A stretch of DNA of 64,000 nt from a virus: the IMG/VR virus record IMGVR_UViG_3300018059_000011, positions 20,544 to 84,543 of that record; one strand, 5' to 3'. Below the pieces are notes generated by a model that was not told where the DNA came from, did no database searches, and saw nothing but the letters and a program-made list of their open reading frames with translations. Both the position numbers and the translations under genes were made by a program. Shown here one piece after another: positions 63,578 to 64,000 of the stretch; within the stretch, counting starts at the first letter, position 1; every line of letters begins with the position of its first letter.

Positions 63578-63663
63578 GGCAACACCGGCCACGCGCCGAC
63601 GACGGTCACGTCAAGACGCGACCTCGTTTCAAAATCGACGACTACCTTGTCCGGCAGAAGCAA
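63574..63663 (-). pseudogene. Orphaned original polymerase N-terminus (29-aa mini-ORF)
   Basis: TTG start; LLPDKVVVDFETRSRLDVTVVGAW-PVLP*; stop overlaps the HNH ATG (ATGA). Confidence 0.85.
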
Positions 63664-63718
63664 CGGAGCACCACGGCTAAGTTAGCCGCATATCATTCCC
63701 CACGTTTACCATGATGAG

Positions 63719-63746
63719 ATCATACGCCGATGTGAGAGGATGTCAA
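63719..63746 (-). promoter_or_regulatory. Promoter for the polymerase operon, with a downstream palindrome at 63674-63688
   Basis: TTGACA-16bp-TATGAT; CGGCTAA-G-TTAGCCG. Confidence 0.6.
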
Positions 63747-64000
63747 ACGGATTTCGGGGTGGTCGGCCTGACTTGGGACCAAGGCCGCAACGAGTGAGAG
63801 CATCTGACGATGCCATCGTTGGCGACCACTCCGAAAATCGTCGGTCGGTCTGACTTGTAACCAGACTGTAAGGTTCGAGACCAGATTATGAATCCGGTCT
63901 TCCCTGGCGACTCCCGATAGGGCAGCGGGGCTACCCTACGACTAGCGCCGGGTGCCCCACTGGGGTCCATCGTCCTTTAGGGGCGATGGTTCCCTGTTCA

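Larger units (their letters stand above)
63109..63663 (-). repeat. Synonymously recoded duplication of the polymerase first 25 codons (63663-63589 and 63183-63109)
   Basis: Both copies encode (M)LLPDKVVVDFETRSRLDVTVVGAW; 17/25 codons differ; 480 bp apart. Confidence 0.93.

Overview
This window is about 64 kb of a GC-rich tailed phage genome, siphovirus-like, with a YuA/phiJL001-type capsid and GTA-like distal-tail, hub, NlpC and tail-tip genes; the host is probably alphaproteobacterial (inference). The left arm (1-34.2 kb, + strand) holds the scaffold end, capsid, head decoration and neck genes, tail tube, frameshifted tail chaperone, tape measure, baseplate, collagen-like fibres, lysis cassette and tRNA-Gln(CTG). 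The right arm (35.2-63.7 kb, - strand) holds DNA polymerase A, a RuvC-like resolvase, a metallophosphoesterase, nucleotide-metabolism genes, a stand-alone class II aaRS-like core, many small ORFs, NADAR, a kinase-like gene, a ligase and a GNAT. Main observations: (1) Nine free-standing homing-type nucleases. Two clearly inserted inside genes and rebuilt them with a recoded duplicate: the polymerase N-terminus (25 codons, same amino acids apart from TTG vs ATG start, 17 codons changed) and the tRNA 3' end. (2) One ~120-aa domain is inserted in frame six times into five different virion proteins. (3) Two promoter classes: 18-bp spacer on the late arm, mostly 17-bp on the early arm. (4) Several structured non-coding regions. 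All family calls come from motifs read by eye; no database searches were run.
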